A stretch of 64,000 nt of DNA from Promethearchaeota archaeon (lineage in GTDB: Archaea > Asgardarchaeota > Lokiarchaeia > Sigyniarchaeales > SOKP01). This document shows positions 59,019 through 64,000 of this stretch, piece by piece (position 1 is the stretch's first letter; every line of letters begins with the position of its first letter). The position numbers were made by a program, and so were the translations under genes. The stretch lies in assembly GCA_019894975.1 (NCBI GenBank), contig JAGXNO010000005.1, positions 59,116-123,115 on the forward strand, written 5' to 3'. The notes beneath the pieces were generated by a model. That model had not been told where the DNA came from, did not search any database, and saw only the letters and a list, made by a program, of their open reading frames with translations.

Positions 59019-59070
59019 GGATGAATCATCTGTGAAAAAACGAGACAGGTGAGGACACCCCTGTGTGGGG
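59010..59070 (+). promoter_or_regulatory. Eukaryote-type SECIS element in the 3' UTR
   Basis: ATGAA (59021-25) and GGAC (59053-56) form the tandem G.A core. 8-bp stem TCATCTGT/ACAGGTGA, A-rich loop GAAAAAACGAG, lower pairing CCCA..AGG/CCT..TGGG. Confidence 0.85.
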
Positions 59071-59075
59071 GGGGA

Positions 59076-59098
59076 TTTTATTTCTTTTTCTTTTTTTT
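59076..59098 (+). terminator. Oligo-T tract, probable archaeal terminator after the SECIS
   Basis: TTTTATTTCTTTTTCTTTTTTTT directly after the hairpin. Confidence 0.5.
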
Positions 59099-59169
59099 AA
59101 AAAATTCTTGTAGTTAATTTTTTATTTACTATTTTATATGTAATGTTCAAAAATTAGTATACAACATTT

Positions 59170-60828
59170 GTGAAGTTTATGTTTAATCGAGCGTTTACAA
59201 AGTTTTTAGATAAGAAACCATTAAAGGAAGAACTATATCCATATCTGTATTCTATTGCATTTAAGGAACTTGGAAAACCCAAAAAGGAGACTAAAAATGA
59301 ACCAATTAGATGTAAAAACTGTGAAGCCGTTTTTACTGATATAAAATTAATTCAAGAAGACCCTCAAAAAGGTTCTTATTATGTTTGTGAATATTGTGGG
59401 ACAATCAATAAAATAGACAAGTCTAAGATTGAGAAGAACCTCCCAAATGATATAGATTTTATTTTAATAGAAGCTTTAAAAAAAGGCTCTAAAAAAGAAG
59501 AAAAAATCACGAAAGTAGACATTACTGAAGGAGATCTTTATTTATCTGTAATAGATATCTCTGGTAGCATGAGTGGTGCTAAAATTGAAGCTGTTAAGAA
59601 ATCGCTAATTCAAACCTTAAAGGATTTCAAAATTAATTCACCCACAACAAAATATATTTTAATAGCATTTGAAAGCTCGGTCTACTATTATTTAAGACAT
59701 GATCAAAATCCCTTTAAGTATCATGGCGATTTATTATTTTCGTTAGAAAGTATGAAAGAACGATTAAAAAAATCTACCAAGAAGGACAGGTTCTTAGGTT
59801 CTATCGGAGAATTTGCAGATGGTTGGATAAAGAGGGTTGAAAGCCTAACATCAATGGATATGACCGCATTAGGCCCAGCATTATATTTTGCTATTAATAC
59901 TTTTGAAATATTCAACTATACCGGAAGAACTACGTTGCTGACTGATGGTATAGCAAACACAGGAATTGGGAATTTATCTGGTACCAGTTCTGGAGCTAAA
60001 AAATTCTATGAAAACATGGCAGAATTATGTAATCAAAATAATATCATTGTTGATGTTGTGGGGGTATCTGGCTCTGGAGACAACAATGAAATGGGGCTTC
60101 AAACGTTAGGAAAACTTACCGATAAAACGGGAGGAACCCTATACTTAATATCAAGCGAAGAAATGGAGACAATATTCTCCGAACTCAGGCAAATGAAATA
60201 TGTAGGAAAAGATGTCAAAGTAAAGATCATAGTTCCCCCAAGTATTAATATTGCGAACATTACTGGTGCTTTCAGTTCAAAAGGTGCATTTAAAGGTTCT
60301 GAAATAAATTTAGGGGCAATTACAGAAGATCGAGAATTATTCTTAGAATTAGAATCCCCTGAAGGTAAAGTTGAGAAAGAAGAAGTTCCTGTCCAACTTC
60401 AAGTGGAATATATTGATAATGAAGGTCATAAAAGAATGAGAGTTATTACTGATAAAGTAAAGGTTACTACTGATGAAAATGAATTTATATCCCAATATGA
60501 CCAGAAATTTAACGTTGTAATGAATATTCAAAGAGCTGGAGGCGGGTATTATGCTGGAAAAACTAAAGAATCAAAGGAAAAGTTAAGAAGCTTAAGACGT
60601 AAGATTTCAGGTGAAATGAATTATAGGAACTCATCAGGTTTGGGTATTATTGGACATTCTTTTTCTGCAGGATTAGCTTATCTAGATGATGAACTTGAAG
60701 AGATTGATATGGAAGAAAAAAAAGCAGCTCAAGCACCTACGCAAAGCTATTGGGCCGTAAAGGGTCAAAAAAGAGCAAGAACGTCTCTTAATACTATGAA
60801 GAAGCGTAGGGAAAAGAAGAAAAAATAG
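59170..60828 (+). CDS. Sec23/Sec24-like protein: zinc finger, vWA (trunk) domain, beta-sandwich and helical tail
   Basis: PIRCKNCEA...YYVCEYCGTIN zinc finger. IDISGSM, TALGPAL and LLTDG.AN.GIG vWA motifs. QLQVEYIDNEGHKRMRVIT resembles the Sec23/24 beta-barrel end. Confidence 0.75.
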   Translation: MKFMFNRAFTKFLDKKPLKEELYPYLYSIAFKELGKPKKETKNEPIRCKNCEAVFTDIKLIQEDPQKGSYYVCEYCGTINKIDKSKIEKNLPNDIDFILIEALKKGSKKEEKITKVDITEGDLYLSVIDISGSMSGAKIEAVKKSLIQTLKDFKINSPTTKYILIAFESSVYYYLRHDQNPFKYHGDLLFSLESMKERLKKSTKKDRFLGSIGEFADGWIKRVESLTSMDMTALGPALYFAINTFEIFNYTGRTTLLTDGIANTGIGNLSGTSSGAKKFYENMAELCNQNNIIVDVVGVSGSGDNNEMGLQTLGKLTDKTGGTLYLISSEEMETIFSELRQMKYVGKDVKVKIIVPPSINIANITGAFSSKGAFKGSEINLGAITEDRELFLELESPEGKVEKEEVPVQLQVEYIDNEGHKRMRVITDKVKVTTDENEFISQYDQKFNVVMNIQRAGGGYYAGKTKESKEKLRSLRRKISGEMNYRNSSGLGIIGHSFSAGLAYLDDELEEIDMEEKKAAQAPTQSYWAVKGQKRARTSLNTMKKRREKKKK

Positions 60829-60893
60829 TAAAAAATTCCTTTTTTAATTTATTTTGTATTAAAATTTAGTTATAGTTAATGAGATATTAGCTT

Positions 60894-61919
60894 TTAATCA
60901 ATCTCAAGAATGGCCCTTCCAACAAATTTAGCTTTTTCTAGCTCCTCAAATACTTCATTTATTTCTGAGAGTTTTGCTATTCTACCTATATGAGTTTTTA
61001 CTTTACCATCTGCAGCTAACTGAATTAATTCTCTCATTTCTTGGACGTTTCCAACTAGAGATCCGATGATATGAAACCCTCTCAATATAAAACCAAATGG
61101 ATTTATTGAAAATGAACCTTCACTTAAAGCGGGTAATGCTACTGCTACTAATACTCCTCCACGCTTGAGTAATTTCAAACCGAGTTCAAAACCAGCTAAT
61201 TTTGATGAAAATACTATACTTGCATTCACACCATTAAATTGTTCCTTCACTATTTTTACCGCTTCACTCACATCTACAGCTAAATCTGCACCCATTTTTT
61301 TTATAAATTCTAATTTCTCAGGGCCAATATCAACTCCAATGACTTTATATCCGAGGGCTTTTGCTATCTGAATTCCATAATGACCAAGACCTCCTGCAGC
61401 TCCAACAATAGCTACAGTTTTCCCTGCTTGAATTCCAAATTTCGCAAGCTTTTTGATTGCACTATACGCAGTTAAACCAGCACAGGCTAATGGTACTTCA
61501 TTATTTTCGATTTCGTCAGGTAGTTTTACTAGAGCTTTCGCCCATACTACAAAATATTCAGCAAATACGCCCTGTAATTGTATCCTGCGTTGACAAAGCA
61601 TAGGTTTACCAGCAAGGCAATACTCACACGCACCACACCAATATGCTCCCGCAGTTCCTCCTAAACCTAATATAACTCTGTCTCCCTTCTTCACAAATTC
61701 CTCAGATCCAGGACCTAATTCTTCTACTATTCCTATAGCTTCATGTCCCAATGGAAATGGTGTCGGAACTTTTACCCAATCCCCTTTCACCATATGTAAA
61801 TCCGAATGGCATACACCCACGGTAGATATTTTAACTAATGCTTCCTCATGTCCCGGAGATGGTTTAGGTACATCTTTTATAGTAATTTCTCCAATTTTTT
61901 CAACTATTGCTGCACGCAT
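60894..61919 (-). CDS. Zinc-dependent alcohol dehydrogenase (AdhP-like)
   Basis: GVCHSDLH, LGHE, CGACEYC....MLC, CAGLTAY, GAAGGLG. Confidence 0.92.
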   Translation of the reverse strand: MRAAIVEKIGEITIKDVPKPSPGHEEALVKISTVGVCHSDLHMVKGDWVKVPTPFPLGHEAIGIVEELGPGSEEFVKKGDRVILGLGGTAGAYWCGACEYCLAGKPMLCQRRIQLQGVFAEYFVVWAKALVKLPDEIENNEVPLACAGLTAYSAIKKLAKFGIQAGKTVAIVGAAGGLGHYGIQIAKALGYKVIGVDIGPEKLEFIKKMGADLAVDVSEAVKIVKEQFNGVNASIVFSSKLAGFELGLKLLKRGGVLVAVALPALSEGSFSINPFGFILRGFHIIGSLVGNVQEMRELIQLAADGKVKTHIGRIAKLSEINEVFEELEKAKFVGRAILEID

Positions 61920-62048
61920 TTTAATTCTTTCCTTTCATGTTATTCAAAACTACATCAATTTCTTATTTTTTTAAAATGTAATCTGTTTTAAAATTATTTA
62001 CTTTCCATTAAAAAAAAGAAGGAACTGACTAGTGGTTTAAAAGCAACA

Positions 62049-62876
62049 TTATCCGTTGCGTTCAAATATACCTTGAATCACAACGATTCGTTCTTCTTTA
62101 AGATTCCTGACAATATTCCTCCATTTTGTAGAAATATCTAAGACAAATAGTCCAGGACTAATTGGTCGAGGTTTTTCTGACCGAGGTTTAGTTCTCGCGC
62201 GTTCAATTCCTTCAAGTATTTTTTTTGTGTCATCCTTCCATGAAAGCTGCTTAAATCCACTCTCATTAATGAGTCTTTGAAGATCATCAGCCGAGAGTAG
62301 AAAACTTATATCATGACTATTCGCCCATATTACGGGGTAGTGTACAGGTGATTTTATGCCAATACAAACAGTATTGATTGCTAAACACCCTTTCGGGCGA
62401 AGAACACGACTGATCTGTGAAAATAGACGACCTTTATTTTCAATATTCATTAAAACATGTTGTATAAACGCAACATCAAAGACTTCATCATTAAAAGGCA
62501 TTTCCAATGCATTTCCTTGCTGAATTTTTATTTTATTTCTTAATCCAATATGATCATTGATAAGTTCCGCCGCCTGACAATATTCTTTTGAAAGATCAAG
62601 CCCAGTAACATGACACCCAAATCCAGAAGCTAATTTCCTCGCAGGACCACCAATCCCTGATCCAACATCAAGTACTTTCATTTTCTCATTAAGCTTTACT
62701 TTTTGGGCAAGTTCTAATGTTGCTGCACTTCCACGGAGATGAAGCTCATCAATTGGAGCAAAAGCCTCCTTGATTAATTCTGCTGTATTAAGTGTCTCCT
62801 TTTGTAATGCTGCCAGAATTTTATCGCTGAGATCTTTTTGTCCATATTGATTATTTATAGCGTCTTCATAATCCAT
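62049..62876 (-). CDS. Class I SAM-dependent methyltransferase (sarcosine/dimethylglycine N-methyltransferase-like)
   Basis: DELHLRG..AT, VLDVGSGIGGPAR, GNALEMPF, MNIENK, RVLRP.G. Confidence 0.8.
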   Translation of the reverse strand: MDYEDAINNQYGQKDLSDKILAALQKETLNTAELIKEAFAPIDELHLRGSAATLELAQKVKLNEKMKVLDVGSGIGGPARKLASGFGCHVTGLDLSKEYCQAAELINDHIGLRNKIKIQQGNALEMPFNDEVFDVAFIQHVLMNIENKGRLFSQISRVLRPKGCLAINTVCIGIKSPVHYPVIWANSHDISFLLSADDLQRLINESGFKQLSWKDDTKKILEGIERARTKPRSEKPRPISPGLFVLDISTKWRNIVRNLKEERIVVIQGIFERNG

Positions 62877-62961
62877 AATAATTCAAATCCTTCTTTCTTT
62901 AAAAGTTATAACTTCGATACTACAATTATTTAATTTACTTGTACCATAGTAATATAGTGAG

Positions 62962-64000
62962 ATGTCGTTTTCAGAAAGCGAGATTAAGGATATTTTAAGA
63001 TATTACGATATCGGTTCATTAATTAAATTCAGTGGAAAATTAGAGGATGGATTTCAGAGTGAAAATTTTCATATTTTAACCGAAAATGGGGATTTTGTTG
63101 TCAGGGTTTTATATGATACCGAAAAAAACATAAAGACTTGTATGAGAATATATGAATATTTGGCTAAGCATGGAGTTAAAACTCCAGCTCCTATGAACAC
63201 TAAAGAAAAAAGGCTCTTTCTGTCATATAAAGAGCAGTTTGTCGTTATTCAATCTTTTCTGGAAGGAAGCGATCTCTCTGATGACACAAAAATAAATCAA
63301 TTACTAGGTTTCTTCGGAAAAGAATTGGGCAAAATTCATACTATTTCAAAAAAAATGGTAGATGAGTTTGGAAAAGAGATTTTCGTAAGGGATGAAGATA
63401 CAATAGCTAGTCTTAGAAATATGGCAAGTAGATATCCGATAAAGGACGATTATATTAATAAACAATATCAGGAATGGGAGATGGAAATCGAACATCTACC
63501 TGTTCACTTGTTAACTAAAGCTGTTATCCATGGGGATGTTGGTCCAAAGGACTTTTTCTTCAAGGATGACGTTTATACTGGAATAATCGATTTTAATGCA
63601 GCAGGATACGACTACCTACTCTTCGATATAGCTCCAATGATGATGTATTGCGGATTATCTTATCCGAAAAAAATTGATGATTATGTACGATTCGTTCGCG
63701 CCTATTTAGAGGAGTCTCCTATCAAAAAGGAAGAATTCAAATGGCTATCTACAATTCTTAAGACCAGGTGGTTGGTCCAAATATTCTTTCATCAGTATAG
63801 GTATGTAAAGGGAATAATAAGAGGGTTAGATTCAGGTAAAAGAGAAGAAAATCTTCAGGGAGTTAAAGATGGAAAGCACTTCCTAAAAATATTAGAAAAA
63901 GAGGATCCTTTATTAAATGTAAATTGGAAACAAGAACAACGTGAATTGCATGTTGATTTAATGGGGAACGTTCAAATGGAAGTGTTAACACGGATTATAG
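62962..64000 (+). CDS. Aminoglycoside phosphotransferase/homoserine kinase type II-like phosphotransferase, 3' end runs off the window
   Basis: Not in the ORF track. MSFSESEIKDILRYYDIG...GFQSENF...FVVR, LGKIH, IHGDVGPKD, GIIDF, LFDIA. No stop before the window end. Confidence 0.8.
   Translation, partial: MSFSESEIKDILRYYDIGSLIKFSGKLEDGFQSENFHILTENGDFVVRVLYDTEKNIKTCMRIYEYLAKHGVKTPAPMNTKEKRLFLSYKEQFVVIQSFLEGSDLSDDTKINQLLGFFGKELGKIHTISKKMVDEFGKEIFVRDEDTIASLRNMASRYPIKDDYINKQYQEWEMEIEHLPVHLLTKAVIHGDVGPKDFFFKDDVYTGIIDFNAAGYDYLLFDIAPMMMYCGLSYPKKIDDYVRFVRAYLEESPIKKEEFKWLSTILKTRWLVQIFFHQYRYVKGIIRGLDSGKREENLQGVKDGKHFLKILEKEDPLLNVNWKQEQRELHVDLMGNVQMEVLTRII

Noticed and set aside
59041-59075. GC-rich patch as a tRNA fragment or CRISPR repeat
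   Set aside because: No cloverleaf or repeat copies. It is explained as the 3' side of the SECIS.
1-64000. rRNA, tRNA, CRISPR arrays, transposases, integrases, defence systems
   Set aside because: None recognised by eye. Intergenic regions are short and AT-rich with no repeat-spacer periodicity.

Overview
Very AT-rich, gene-dense archaeal chromosome segment, almost certainly from an Asgard archaeon of the Lokiarchaeia type (inferred from gene content). It carries archaeal housekeeping genes (glyS, rpl35ae, RecJ/GAN, XPD, NurA and the pus10-rpl21e-rpoF-DUF655-rsmA-hemK2 cluster). It also has H4MPT/F420 C1 genes (ftr, mtd, mch, frhB-like), a glycine cleavage operon, and purine salvage and glycogen genes. 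Eukaryotic-signature proteins include a Rag GTPase, two Rab-like GTPases, a roadblock protein, a Snf7-type ESCRT-III subunit, a presenilin and a Sec23/24-like zinc-finger/vWA protein. Main signals missed by the ORF track: (1) a peroxiredoxin-like selenoprotein (58494-59018) with an in-frame TGA in a UxxC motif and a eukaryote-type SECIS just after the stop; (2) XPD and HemK2 genes whose conserved N-termini have no ATG/GTG/TTG start; (3) a 59-aa ORF and a decayed URO-D/MtaA-family gene; (4) alternative pairings upstream of gcvT. The best candidates for undescribed biology are a Zn-finger/PH-like/QN-rich/steadiness-box protein near the ESCRT-III gene, the Rab-selenoperoxiredoxin-Sec23/24-like locus, and a nucleotide kinase ending in a PIP box. 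No rRNA, tRNA, CRISPR array or intact mobile element was seen. All family calls come from motif recognition by eye, not database searches.
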